Assembly (NCBI GenBank): GCA_951406725.2
Contig: OX597825.1
Span: 10,354,001-10,418,000, forward strand
DNA from: Octopus vulgaris
Taxonomy: Eukaryota
Reading direction: 5' to 3'
Length of the DNA: 64,000 bases
Every line of letters starts with the position of its first letter. Positions within the stretch are counted from its first letter, which is position 1. The notes beneath the pieces were generated by a model, which saw only the letters and a list, made by a program, of their open reading frames with translations, ran no database searches and was not told the DNA's origin. The position numbers and the translations under genes are program-made. Below are positions 12,481 through 26,645 of this stretch, piece by piece.

Positions 12481-15446
12481 CTAATTGAGAATAAAAGTAG
12501 AGTCAACCTAACGAAACGTGAAATACATATTAATATCCACACCGTAAGCGATTACGCTAGAGAGTGCCTGTCACTTTCCTTTGTCAACCAGCAGTAATAA
12601 ATCTTTTATTAGTTATAAAATATTACATCGCCTCCTCCCGACCTCATTTGTTTCTCGTATAGTTTGTAAATACTGAGCGTCCAACGGAAATATTTTCTGC
12701 TCTGGTGATTGTTTTCTGTTCAGCAATTTGCCACACGACGATTCAATGTTTATGACGAGAATTCAAAGCAATAATATTAATTTCAAATACTGACACAAGA
12801 CCAGCAATTTCGGAGGAAGGGTTGAGTCGATTACATCGACCCCAGTGATCAACTGGTACTTATTTTATCGACCCCGAAAGGCTGAAAGGCACACATTCAC
12901 CCAACTCTTTTAAACTAAACACTACATTTAAGCACATGCATCCTAATCCCCCAAAGAAATTTTTCCAAGAACTACTTATTGAACTCTAAAAGCATAAAGA
13001 CACTACAATGTATTAGTATACTTATCTATTAATTTTTTGTATATATGTATTATTATTTTTTTGAAAAAAAACATTAAAAATTTCTTTTTTCCCCTTCCTC
13101 AATTTAAAAAAAAAAATTTTTCTCTTTCCAAATCTTGAAAATTTGCCTTGCAATAAAAGGCGATTTGATTTATTATCCTTTCCTTTTTTAATTTTTCATA
13201 CACCCATTTTTATTAAAATTTACTTTCAATTTAGCATTCTGCCTTATCATAATTTTTCCTCTCCTATCATTTCTCCACGTGCGGTTAACACAACCCCACC
13301 ATTTACTGACATATATATATATATATATAATCTAATATTTCCAAAGAAATAGAAATTCCTAAGAAACTTTTGGAAGACAAGGCGCCCTGTTATTTTTTTC
13401 TTAGAAATCGAAACAAATACTATTACTTAGAGAGTTTATGTTAAATTTCATGCTTTTAATATGTCGCCTTTTACCTTTTCTTAAACTTCTTTTACTTGTT
13501 TTAATCATGGGATTGTGGCCATGCTGGTGCACTGCCTTGAAAAATTTTGTCGAATGAATCGACACCGCTATTATTTTATTGGAATCTTTTAACCGAACTT
13601 TTATGGAACTATTAAACTTGTAATTCCCCAAATTAGCTCTTTGGAAGCTTATCCTCATTATAGGACGCTCACATATAAGTTACATATGACTATTTTTCAA
13701 TTCGTTCATGGAATATAGGTCCGTGTTTATTGCTAGCTTCGATTTTATTAAACAGATCAGGGACAAATGTCCTTCCTATACAGACACCATTCGATGACAA
13801 GAATTATTGTTTTTGGTCGAATTTCACGCACCGCTGGAAGCTTAAAATATTTTGTGTTGCAGCCACAGCTTTCGGGGGTTAGATTATTCACTTGTCTAAT
13901 AGCTTTTTACGTTATGTGAATTGGGCCATGAAGGGTTATGCGTCTCTAAGCCAGTGGCACAATGCAGGAGTAAATACAATAGAATTGTTAATAAATGTGT
14001 CTCTGACACGACATCAAGTATGTCCTGTGTTTAATTAGATAAAACGGCAGCAACAGAATAGATTTATTAAAGCAGTAAATTCATTACGATTGACATGAAG
14101 TTATCACACAACAAGAAAAATGGATTATCAGAAGTGCTTTAAGTTTCTAAGTGAACTAAAATTCTAACTTTCTACTTAATCACACATAAAACACGCTAAC
14201 ACACAGGCACACACACCAAGATGTTTTCTAGACAGAAATCGAATGCCTGAAATTTCCATAACAATTTTGATTCTACCCACGTCATTGCAATTCTTTTATT
14301 GAAGTTATTTTAGTTTTTATTTCCGTCTGTATTAATTATATTTTCACACACACACACACACAAACAGAGAGACAGACATACACACACATACACACACAAG
14401 CATATACACGCATGCACACTTACACACGCGCGCTCATACACACATACATACAGATAGAGCTATGCGCACTCATCTACATATTTACAATTATGATTTATAT
14501 GTCTTTGAGATAACCTACAAGCAATTATCCAAAACACATAAAGTTCAGGCCCTTAGACGGAACATTAAGCATATTCCGGTGATCGTGTTCCTGATTTTCA
14601 CTCAAGAATGCGTGTTCTGTCCTCCTTTCAAAAAACAAAAAGATTTATTAGGGGTTCCACATTCTCACTGATCACATGGCCTTCACTGAGCATGTCACCT
14701 TAAATTAACCTTGTTCTTATTTAGGGTTTGTTAATATCATAAACTATGCTTGCGCGCATATTTATAAAAATTAATTACTCCTAATTAATTATAATCAATC
14801 CTTTCGTACTAAATCAAATAACAAAAATAATTTAAAAGATAAAAACCAACCTGGTTTTCACCGGATTGAACTCGGATCGAGTAAAATTTTAAAAATCGAA
14901 CAGATTTATCAATAAAGCCTCTACACCCTAAGCTTAATTTTAATCCAACATTGAGGTCGCAATCTTTTTCCTTTTTTCAATATGAACTCTCAAAAAAATC
15001 ACGCTGCGCGAATATACATGTTTGTAAATGCTTATATACTTATATATGCCATTCTGTGTTTATATGTATGCGCGCATGTGTGTGAAAATAAGCGTTCAAA
15101 TAATTATACAAAATTCAGTATTGAAGGGTGCTTCAATAAAAATTATACAAATAACTGCTGATTACATTTTTTTAAAATAGATTTATTAAGTCTTAATAAC
15201 TTGTCTTTTTCTGTGAAAACTTCTATTTTAGATTTTAAATGTATTATCTAATCGAAAATGATAGAAACGCTTGCAATTGCTACAAGTATCAGGATATATT
15301 TACGCTACAGCCTTATGTTAAGTTTCTGATGATCCCGCTAAAAGTGAAAGTATAGTTTCTTTGCTAAGCAATGGTTGCAGCCGATCATGCGAGCAAACTA
15401 AGGTAACTGTGTTTCCGTTAGATTCCCATCCACGCTTTTCTGAAGC

Positions 15447-15597
15447 ACCATGGCTATGTGGTAAGAAGCCGGATTCCCAACCACATGGTTCCTGGTTCAG
15501 TCCCACTGCGTGGCACCTTGCGCAAGTATCTAGCCTCGGGCCGACCAAAACATTATGAGTGGATTTGGTAGACGGAAACTGAAAGAAGCCCGTCGTG

Positions 15598-15668
<71 letters not shown>

Positions 15669-15833
15669 ACTTTTGTGTCTGTGTTTGTCCCCCCCACCAT
15701 CGCTTGACAACCGATGTTGGTGTGCTTATGTCCCCGAAACGTATCGGTTCAGCAAAAGAGAGCGATGAAATAAGTACTAAGCTTACAAAGAATAAGTCAT
15801 GGAGTCGATTTGTTCGACTAAAGGCGGTGCTCT
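15447..15833 (+). mobile_element. SINE family A, 3'-truncated
   Basis: TGGCTATGTGGTAAG...CAGTCCCACTGCGTGGCACC...ACTAAAGGCGGTGCTC. Confidence 0.85.
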
Positions 15834-15836
15834 AGA

Positions 15837-16175
15837 ATGTCAGTTTTTAATCCCACTTTTATCCCTGTCTTCCCCAGATCTTTTGTTCCCCGCTAGTTCT
15901 AGGTATCTGGGGGAAATAACATTCATATGTAATCAATTCTCATTATAAGTTTTTCCAATCCCGTAGTCACCTATACCTGATATCATTACATTTCATAATA
16001 ACAGGTTCTTTTGGTACTGTATATCTTAACTTTCCATCACATTTTTCATGTCAGTTTTTAATCCGGCTTTTATCCCTGTCTTAGCCGGATCTTTTGAGTT
16101 TCTCGCTAGTTTTAACTATCCAAAGGAAATAAGCCAAATAATATTTTCCAATACTTCACATTATAGATTTTTCCA
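15837..16175. repeat. Diverged ~120-bp direct repeat (period 211 bp)
   Basis: ATGTCAGTTTTTAATCC...TTTTATCCCTGTCTT...GATCTTTTG...CGCTAGTT starts at 15837 and 16048. Confidence 0.7.
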
Positions 16176-16448
16176 CGAAATGTCGGAAACTTTACAAAAT
16201 AGCAAAACGTGTATGGAAAGATATTCTAGAAAGTGGTTGGGTTTGAGGTCTGGTGATCACTTGACATAGACTGAACACGTAACTTGAACTTACTGTGTAT
16301 TATCACTAATGCATTACATCGTATACTCATACATACATACATACATACATACATACATACATACATACATACATACATACATACATACATACATACATGC
16401 ATGTGTGTGTGTGTACATTCATATATATGTATATATATATATGGATAT

Positions 16449-16496
16449 CCCTCTGATGAAGAGATATCCTTAATATCCCAGAAACAGCTGTAAGGC
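16449..16496 (+). ncRNA. Type I hammerhead ribozyme motif
   Basis: CCT-CTGATGA-A-GAGATAT..ATATCCC-A-GAAA-CAGCTG-TA-AGG; palindromic stem III; predicted cleavage after GUA (16492); element flanked by (TA)n. Confidence 0.75.
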
Positions 16497-16542
16497 TATA
16501 TCTATATCTTTTTCCTTATAAATGTCCTGAAAGCTACTCACA

Positions 16543-16592
<50 letters not shown>

Positions 16593-16721
16593 ATGCTAAT
16601 ACAAGACCCGTATTAGACTACTCACTCGTATCACTATCGAACCAAGAGTTTAACTACGGTCTGTCCATAGCACTTAGCGTTACTTGCCATACTATTGGTC
16701 TTCTAGATACCAATACCTCTC

Positions 16722-16780
<59 letters not shown>

Positions 16781-16819
16781 TGTATGTATTTATATACATA
16801 TATAATACATTGCATATGT

Positions 16820-17097
16820 TGCTTGTTCCGTCTCGATCCACGCTTGGATCATAGGGCCGGTGCCTCACCTGGACGGGACGCCGGTCTGTCCCAGGTGAGC
16901 TGCAAGATGCAGGAGGAAAGAGTGAGAGAAAGTTGTGGCGAAAGAGTCAGCAAAGATTCGCCATTACCTTCTGACGGAGCCGCGTGGAGCTTAGTTGTTT
17001 CGCTCATAAACACACACATCGTCCGGTCTGAGATTCGAACCCGCGATCCCTCGACCGCGAGTCCGCTGCTCCAACCACTAGGCTATGTGCCTCAACA
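16820..17097 (-). mobile_element. SINE family C head (H2) with a distinct tail
   Basis: Minus GAGGCACATAGCCTAGTGGTTGGAGCAGCGGACTCGCGGTCGAGGGATCGCGGGTTCGAATCTC; related to the 32536-32924 head. Confidence 0.8.
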
Positions 17098-17934
17098 TTA
17101 GTTAATATAGTTTATAAAAATCGCTTGAAAATTATTTTTGAACGATAAGGATTTGTTGTGTGACTAAGTCGGCGAGCTTGCAGAATCGGGGTCGATAGAT
17201 TAAGTACCAGTGAAATGCTGGGGTCGATATAACCAACTACTTCCCTCCCACTAAATTTCAGGCCTTGTGCCTATAGTAGAAAGGACTATTACATTTCTAT
17301 AAAGATTCCGCTTACCGAGGAGGAAGTGTACCGACTGTCGCTTGGGTGCTGGATCATTCGTATTGCTTACTGTATTTTGCTATATTCTGTTTGTTCAGCA
17401 GTTTTATGCTGGTAAACAGAATCACTTGTGTTCTTACTCTTGACTGAACATCTGTAATGGAATCGCACTTTACTGCCATGCAAAATCAAACATCAAAACA
17501 AAAGGAAAAGCGAGTAAACATTAACTAATAGCGTAGTTGATACTCTTACACGTGAATAAAATCCATATTGTAGCATATGCACATTTCCAGGTTAACAAAA
17601 CAATGAGAGGAAGCGAAACATCAAAACGTGTTTACACAGACTGGTTGGGGACGGCTATGGAACGCCTTTTAAATCCCAATTAGTATATGAAATATTGATT
17701 AGCATGGAGTAATCATGGCAAACATTTTTTCTAGCTTTATATACATATATAAATATACAAGGGATATTCCTCTCATCTCAGTTAATAAATATATTGCGTG
17801 CATGTGTGTATATGTGCATGTGTGTATATGTGCATGTGTGTGTGTGGTGTGTGCAGATTTTTTGGTAGCTCAGCTTGGCGTAATCACATGCTTCCTTCTT
17901 TCCCGATATTAATATTTATACCACGGTATCGTAC

Positions 17935-18024
<90 letters not shown>

Positions 18025-18034
18025 CAAATATATA

Positions 18035-18747
18035 TTTCAAATGACATCGTTTGGGCATGGATTTACGCCAGCGTTCAAAGTTCAAGGGCAAGTCTATCAC
18101 CTCACTGCTTCCCTGTTACCCACAAATGAACAACTACAGTTCCTCTAAATTTACATTATGAGTGATGTAGAACAACAAACCCGAAGGAGGTGTCAAAACT
18201 TCAGACGATGGGTCGTGTTACACGCAGTGCCGACCGCAGCACTGAGAGCTTTTCGGTTCGTACAAAAATCACATAGCCCCCTCCCCCAATTTTCCATGAT
18301 AGGTTAGGGCCTGGAATACTCCAAACGGATGCATGACATGTCACTTAGTCGAATTAGCCAATTATTTACTCCACAAATGTTTTGTCGTCAATGCTGCACT
18401 TTCCCATATCACCTGTTTCAACATAACTGTAATATATTATATAGAAAGTATGCCATGTTAATTCCGAGCAACACCGGAATATATATATATATGTATATAT
18501 ATATATAGTTACTCCAAACATGAACAAAGACAAAACACAACAACGCGAGGACGTGGAACAAGTATAGTGTTATTGGACGCTCGGGAAAGGAAAGAAAGGG
18601 GGATTTAACGTTTCGAGCGGAGATCTTCATCAAAAACATAGAAAAAGGAAAGGTCCAAGGAAGGGAAGACGGAGAAAGAAAATCTCCAACGATACACACG
18701 CGGTCACACACACACACATACATTTATATGCCGGCTATCTCTTCTAG
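18035..18747 (+). mobile_element. Helitron fragment (3' part), interrupted at 18478-18730
   Basis: Encodes FQMTSFG..GFTPAFKVQGQVYHL..SLLP (RepHel N-terminal motif); ends CCGGCTATCTCTT-CTAG|T at 18747; inverted copy of 18762-19205. Confidence 0.85.
18508..18712 (-). mobile_element. ~200-bp hammerhead-bearing microsatellite element (family X)
   Basis: Reverse complement of 62539-62742; degenerate core TTGATGA-A-GATC-TCC-GCTC-GAAA-CG-TT. Confidence 0.8.
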
Positions 18748-18761
18748 TATATATATATATA

Positions 18762-20040
18762 CTAGCAGAGGTAGCCGATGTTGCTCGGAATTAAAATGGC
18801 ATAGTTTGTATATAATATATTACAGTTATGTCGAAACAGGTGATACGGGAAAGTGCAGCATTGACGAAAAAACATTTGTGGTGTAAATAATTGGCTAATT
18901 CGACTAAGTGACATGTCATACATCCGTTTGGAGTATTCCAGGCCCTGACCTATCATGGAAAATTGGGGGAGGGGGCTATGTGATTTTTGTACGAACCGAA
19001 AAGCTCTCAGTGCTGCGGTCGGCACTGCGTGTAACACGACCCATCGTCTGAAGTTTTGACACCTCCTTCGGGTTTGTTGTTCTACATCACTCATAATGTA
19101 AATTTAGAGGAACTGTAGTTGCTCATTTGTGGGTAACAGGGAAGCAGTGAGGTGATAGACTTTCCCATTGAACTTTGAATGCCCAAACAATGTCATTTGA
19201 AATGCAGAATTGAACTGTCTGATATTGTTTAGAAAATCTTTTGACTGGATGGAAGTGCTTTCCAGAAGACCCATCAGAAGTTGAGGAGGAGTTGATAGTT
19301 TTGGCAATCTTAATTTATCGCCTGAGCAGAGCATGCCATTAGTTTCATTTGGAAATTTTAAAGATTTGCAGAAACGACAATTCGAGTTTAGCACACCAAT
19401 TTAGACAAAATGATCAATTTTATATCAGGAATGGTGAAGAATGAATTTGTTCGTAGTTGTTTCTGAGAGCTGTTCTATTGGACCTCTGTATAATCATTAA
19501 AATGTTGTTTTAATGATTCTGCATTAAGTGCTGCAGCATGCATTTGCTGATCTTAGGATCAGACTCCATTTTATATTCGGCAGCATGTCTTTGCTGATGT
19601 TGGGAAAGTCTCATCTCCTTTCTCTCTTGAGACTCCGTTTGACGTGATGCAGCATGCATTTGCTGATCATGAGAAAGTGACATCTCACTTTTCTCTTGAG
19701 ACTCCATCTGACGTGCTCATCTTGAAAAAACCTCATCTCGCTTCTATTTTAGGACTCCAATTGATGTGCTGCAGCACATCAAATGACATAAAATGATCTT
19801 AGTGTTTTCACATGAGAATTAGTAATTTTAATAGAAATAAAATGATCTTAGTGTTATCACATGAGAATTAAAAGCGAAAGAATAAAAGTGAAACAATATT
19901 ATATCACATTACAATATAGATCTTATTTTTTCACTTTTGACATGTAATACCGAACCAGTGCCAATGTTATATTGTTTGAATCGAAATGAAAAAAATTTAC
20001 ATGTTGACACATAGAAGAAATAATCTTCTATATATATAGA
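18762..20040 (-). mobile_element. Internally deleted Helitron with RepHel N-terminal remnant
   Basis: CRFCKSLKFPNETNG..CSG.KLRLP.L..PP..L..LL...FLNNIRQFNSAFQMT (19104-19394); E/Q/R-rich repeats (19510-19707); 3' hairpin CCGAGCAACATCGG + CTAG|T at 18762; candidate 5' end TCTATATATATA at 20040. Confidence 0.85.
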
Positions 20041-20118
20041 CAAGGAAATCAATTTGTAGACAGAACTTGCAAGCCCTGTTTGAGCATATAGTATAGTAGG
20101 GTTAGTTGGGCACCGTCT

Positions 20119-20640
20119 GTGAGAAAAAACAGCAACATAAGGCAATTCACTCTGCCAGAAATTTGGAAGCAACATGCTGTGCTGTTTGGCATTCGCGCTG
20201 GAATCTCCAATAAGAACATTTCAGAGCGTTTGAATGTCAATCTGAGGACAGTGAAGATTGTGTCTCGAGTAATCATCATGGTATTTGGAGTGATCGCTAA
20301 TGATGGCGATGTTATGCCTCCATTCATCCTCCCATGCAATGTCAGACTCAACACGGAAGCCTACATCAAGTGCCTGGAGGAAGTAATGCTGCCCTGGGTC
20401 AAAAGAGTGGCTGCAGGAAGAACCTATGTCGGACAGTACGACTCTGCACGTAGCCACGCATGTAAGAGAACCCAGTCATGGCTGTCAGACAATTTCTGCG
20501 ACCACATCACCCCTAACAACTGGCCACCTAACTCCCCACATTGCAACCCCCTTGATTATTATGAGTGGGGCGTAGTTGAGTAAAAGACCAACAAAACTCC
20601 TTGTAATACCACAGATGGACTGAAAGCAAGGACAATAGCC
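20119..20640 (+). pseudogene. maT-type (DD37D) Tc1/mariner transposase fossil, internally deleted
   Basis: IMVFGVI..DG.VMPP...QYDSA.SH...WPPNSP.CNPLDY; 37 residues between the last two catalytic Asp. Confidence 0.85.
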
Positions 20641-20786
20641 ACCTGGAAAAGATGTTTTTCTGGGGCTTAAACAATAATAACATCGTCCTTTATCGGACCG
20701 ACACTTTCTGTTGGCAAACAACATTTTATTATTTGGTACTGTTACTGTATGTCTCACACTGATAGATTTAAAATAAGTTGTACATA

Positions 20787-20857
<71 letters not shown>

Positions 20858-20957
20858 TGTATGTATGCATGTATGTATGTATGTATGTATGTATGTATGT
20901 ATGTATGTATGTATGTATACACCTTCATAGATACACACGCACACACACATACATACA

Positions 20958-20988
<31 letters not shown>

Positions 20989-22146
20989 TCATACACACGC
21001 ACAAACACTCGATTTACCTTCTCAATGAAGATTTCTTGCGAGCATTCCTAACTAAGGGAAGGTGTTATTGAATTTTGCATAAGTTGTCACTACTAAGGCT
21101 TCATGGAATACTTGCATATATGAGACCTTACCATTGGAACAAGATAATGTTATTAACAGAAAACCCTGAAATTTTCTCAATTTAATAAGTTTGTATGAAA
21201 TATTTGTCACAAGGCCGCAAAATCAGCGACGATTTTTATGGAATATATTTAGTCATCACAACCAAAATTCTCAACAGAAATTCTTTCCCACTTCGAATGA
21301 AACTAAAGTGATCAAACCCAACTTCACATGTACTTTTTGGTTCAATAAATTCTTATACTTTATTAGTTCATCATCTATCCATTTCTATCCCTTTTCTGTT
21401 CCTACTATTAATGGGAGAGTCGTGGAAATCGAGTCCTCAGGCACCTCTTCTATAAGGCTCTATCAGAAGCAATCGTTATTACACTTTTCTGTAGGATCCT
21501 TAAGGATGACCATCTAAGATTATGGACATTATCCAACCATCTTTTTCTTAGTCTAACCCTAGGTCTCCTATCGGTTGTCTCGGCTTGAAGAATCCGTGTT
21601 GCGATTCTTTCCTGCAACATTCTAGCTGCGATTAGTACCGGAGCTGTGAACTCTGAATGCGGAAAAGTATCAGCTCGACCTGCAAAGACTCCTTGAACTC
21701 CGAGCTACGCATTCTGTTGAGCAATATTACTCCAGAGATCAAGACAGTGAGATGGCATAATTGTTACCGCGTCAGGAAAAATGCTTTGCGGTATTTCTTC
21801 CAACATTACGTTCTGAGTTCAAATGTCACCGGGGTCGACTTTGCCTTTCAAACTTTCGATGATGGTAAAATAAGTACCAGATGAACACTAGAGTTGACAT
21901 AATCGACTTATCCCCTGCTGAAGAATTGCTGGCCTAGTGCCAAGAAATTGAAACCAATATTGCTCCAGTGATCTTTCACGATCTTACTGTCTCGGTCATT
22001 ACTTAACATTCGAGTTTGTTATCTTTTTGAAAAAGAAACGAAAAATTGACTTCAGTACTTTGTCGGATTCTCGAAATCCGAGCTGGGACTAATCTCTCAG
22101 AAAATACTGAAGATTCCAATCACTTCGTATCAATATATTAACAGAG

Positions 22147-22939
22147 AGGCACGAAACTGAGGATTAACATATCGGTTGATAACCGATGAAGAATTAAGGT
22201 CTTTGTATGTCTATCCTACGTCTACGTTTCTTTAGTATTTAATGCATTTTTCATTAAATGAGTAACTGAACGCCACGCATCCCAACTTTTTTTCACAGTA
22301 AGTTTTATATATTTTTTTGCGACTCTATCCTCTTCTGTCTTTCTCTCTCGTTCTCATACTTCTTTTTCTAGCATCCCAACTTCCTCTCTTCCTCTCTCTC
22401 GTCCTCTCACTTGTAATGTAGACTTTCTCCCTTCATTCCCTGACTTTCTCCCTTCTCTTCCCTCTTCTTTCTGCTTCTCTCTCTCACTCTCTCTCTCTCA
22501 TCCTTCTTCCTTTCTATCTACTACCCACACATGACCCACAACTAATTTTCCCACCTCTCTACCTTTCAGCACCAGACGCTTAGCTTGCCTGTCAATATCT
22601 GTCTCTTCTCTTACGATTTCTCTTTCGATATCCATTCAGGATTCCTTCCAGGCGTTACCCATCATTCCTGTCTGTTTGGCCGAAAGGCCGTATTTATTCT
22701 GCTTTCGTCCATCGCTTTAAATTACATTCGTTTACTTTCGTACGTCCACTTTATATCGTTTTGCTTGCTCGAGCCCTAATTCTCCGCACATTTTGCGTGT
22801 GCTGCCGATATGCGAAGTTCCCAGTCTTATCATTAAAGGCACGAAACTGAGTATTAACATTTCGGTTGATAACTGAAGAAGAATTAGGGTCCTTCTGTCT
22901 CTGTCCTATGTGTACGTCTTTTAGTATTTAATGCATTTT
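22147..22939. repeat. Pair of ~100-bp direct repeats (22147-22250, 22837-22939) flanking CT-rich DNA
   Basis: AGGCACGAAACTGAG.ATTAACAT.TCGGTTGATAAC.GA.GAAGAATTA...TTTAGTATTTAATGCATTTT in both. Confidence 0.8.
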
Positions 22940-23515
22940 CAATTATATATTTCTATATATATATTTATGTATGTATGTATGTATGTATGTATGTTTTTAT
23001 GTATTTATGTACGTGACTGTATTTGTGTGTGTGTCTGTGTGTGTGTGTTTGTGTGTGTAAACGACAAGCTTCTTTCAGTTTCCCTCAAGAAATCCATTCA
23101 CAACGTTTTGGTCGGCCAGGGGTTATATTAGAAGACACTTGCCCACGGTGCCACGCAGTGGGACTGAACCCGGAATAATGTGGTTGGAGAGTAATTTCTA
23201 ATAGACACGGGCACCCTTGTAACTATACACACACACATATATATATGTATATATATGTATATATATATAAATCATATATATAAATTATAACTTAGGATAT
23301 CTACGAGGTACCGCCATGCCGAAAATAGCAGTCATGATCTGACTCTAAGACCGCATTAAGTGTTTATATAGCACAAGGAGAGAAGACAAAAAAAAAAAAA
23401 ATAAAACTAGTAAAAAATTACTGGATAATTCCAAATCCCGGATTTCTGGCTTTGCATTTAGAAAAGCTTTGCTTCATCAGTGGAATATACGCAGAGAGAA
23501 ACATAAATACATATT

Positions 23516-23571
<56 letters not shown>

Positions 23572-23875
23572 ATATGTATTATGTATGTATATATATATAT
23601 ATCGATTACAGCGTAGAAGAAGACATACGTTAGTCATTCAGAAACATACAAAGACTGTCAACTTCAGCTAAGCAATTATTTGTGATATGGTGTCAAAATG
23701 TTTGTCGCTCGAAACTACGACCTGTTCACTGTTAAAATTTTTGACAGTCTTTCTTCCTTTTTGAAAGGTTAAGTTATGTCTTCCATGCTACAACGCTGTG
23801 CAATCGATTTAGTTTCAGCGCGCGATCTCACATCAAGACACTTGCTAGCACATCTACGAAATGTATGAGTGTGTT

Positions 23876-23939
<64 letters not shown>

Positions 23940-24398
23940 AGAATCTATGACTGTAAAGTAGTGCATGTGTACCCTTTATAAATCACCGGAAGATATAAAT
24001 GTCAGCTTCCAGCAACACCAAGATAGAGAAAAAGAAAGCGCTGCTCTGAGAATTGTCACAATGTAAACTTCAACAAATATGATATTAACAATTGCAGTTG
24101 CAATGTCATATTTTAACGTAACATTACAAATATTGTCATGAAAATAACTCGTTTCTTTCGGCTAGAAACTAAATGGCTTCTCTTTCTGTTCATAGCATTC
24201 GTTTTCAAAATAAAAAATGACCAAAAGTAAACATCGAAATATTTACGCACATGTGGAGTGGTGTGCTAGCATATTCGTGTGTGCTGTCGTGTATACGTAT
24301 ACACGTATATATATTTGAATACCTACACACACACACACACACACACGCACACACACACACATATACATCGCCTCGAGCTGCTTGTAATTCATATTTGA

Positions 24399-24451
<53 letters not shown>

Positions 24452-24462
24452 ATACATATATA

Positions 24463-24527
<65 letters not shown>

Positions 24528-24531
<4 letters not shown>

Positions 24532-24977
24532 AAGAAAATGGAGAGGATCAAGAGGTGGTATTCATCAACTTTTAGACATTATATTATGTCTATTTATTTA
24601 TTTAAAAGAAACAATTATAACAATATACATACATGTATAACATATTATGCTTTACATATATGAAAATTCCAGTAATTATTAAAATATATAACATAGAACA
24701 TAGAAAGTATATTGTTATAATTGTCTTTTAAATAAATAAATATACATAATATAATGTCTAAAAGTTGATGAATACCACCTCTTGATCCCCTCCATTTTCT
24801 TATTGCCGTATATATTAAGGGTGAAACAAATTTTTACCCTCACCCATTTATTACATTGAGGAGTGTAATTGCCATGCAATGAAAAAACACTTGCGTATTA
24901 ATAATTGGGTATTCTACCAGCAGTATATTGGATAGATATTATCCCTTAGTTGGCTGTATTCACAACCTCTCTCTTGA

Positions 24978-24982
<5 letters not shown>
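24528..24982. mobile_element. Fold-back element in (TA)n
   Basis: Arms 24528-24628 and 24707-24805 are near-perfect reverse complements; unpaired tail to ~24982; (TA)n on both flanks. Confidence 0.85.
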
Positions 24983-25015
<33 letters not shown>

Positions 25016-25257
25016 AACCCTTATTCAGGGACCGTTTGAACGGGAAGGGCTACTCGACCTGAAGAAAATTCTAACTGAGCCCCCACCTGCAATGTCATGC
25101 GCTGTTTATCTTGATATGAGATTACCATGTCACGCAAATATGGTTGTGATGCATGTGCCTGGCGTACCCTTATCAGACGGGTAGTCATGATGGGTATACT
25201 GAGCTTCGTATATTTTACCCCAGTGTCACTGTGATGGCATTCACTGCTCTCTCACTC

Positions 25258-25308
<51 letters not shown>

Positions 25309-25621
25309 TTTTTAAACGATAATAAGATGATTAATCAAAATTCTATGGAAAACACCACTATGAAAATAAGTAATGATGAAAGAGAAACTATTCAACAAAA
25401 CAATTCTATAGATTCTATAACTAATAAACAAACACACATGGTAACTAGAAAGAATAGTTACTTTTATGAAAACAATAATAATATGGATTAATCAGTTAAA
25501 CTAGAAAGCAAACACAAACATTATTAAATCTACCAACAAAGACGTAGATAACTTTATACACGGAAAATATGATTGCGCTAGGAGCACGCAAGGTAAATTT
25601 TAAAAGAACTCTAAAGTAATA

Positions 25622-25960
25622 AATACTTTCTATAAATGTATAGTCATACCTGATAAAAATAAATATTACTATATAGGTCATATCTCTTGCTTTATAAAAC
25701 AACGGGTAGCAAATCGTGAAAGTTCGTTTAGAAATAATACTAAAAAATTTTCAACAGTTCTTAGTAAACTTATATGGTCGCTGAAGGATGAAAATATATG
25801 ATAATCATTAAAATGGCAAATCATTAGTACTGCAATTTATAAGATGCAATTTATACCTGGAGGAATTATACCAAATATTTACTTCGGAATATATATTAGT
25901 AAACACTAGGCATGAAAGAAGCTTTAATTGCACATACAAACAACATTTTCTCTTTAAAAA
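25622..25960 (+). pseudogene. Penelope-like GIY-YIG endonuclease fossil
   Basis: Manual translation NTFYKCIV......YYYIG....IKQRVANRESSFRN......T.LSKLIWSLKD...LKWQII...RCNLYLEE; contains stops and a deletion. Confidence 0.8.
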
Positions 25961-26645
25961 ATGTTAATAATAGAATGCATTAATTTATATAATATCCATC
26001 AACCTTCATGCGAAACCTAAGTAAAATAACTATATTATTTAGAGGCATATTTAGAATATAAGAATTAAATTCAATTCATAAGATTACATTATATATGATT
26101 TAACCTAAAAATACTTTAAAAGTAATAGGATAGGATACGACTGACTATTTCTTTGTTTTAATAGCCACATGGTCCTTACTGATTAGCAATTATTCACTAC
26201 TACTATTAATAGCCTTCACAAAATTTAAATAATACAATCAACTCTGAATTCCATCAATATGCCCTGCGACTATAAAGTATTTAGAATCATTCAAAAAATA
26301 AGTCTTCTATAAATAACCACTCCCAGCCTAACCAGGAACAGTTATTGACCTCAACAATCACTGCTGCAGATGCTACTGGATTTCACCCAAACAAATAGTT
26401 GATAAAAACATCTCATTGACGAATGTTCAGAATTTACTACTGCTACCAAATCTAATTTAAACTTCAAACAATGTCCGATTTATTTGCCCTTAAGAGATCG
26501 CTCTAATCATGCATAAATCACTGCATATGAATGTGCAATAATACGCGATTGGTGAGAGCAAGACACGTGACGGACTTTTATTCTAACTGGAAATAGACAT
26601 AAAGTTTGAATGTTAAAATTCTTCATTCTCATCATTTTTATATGT

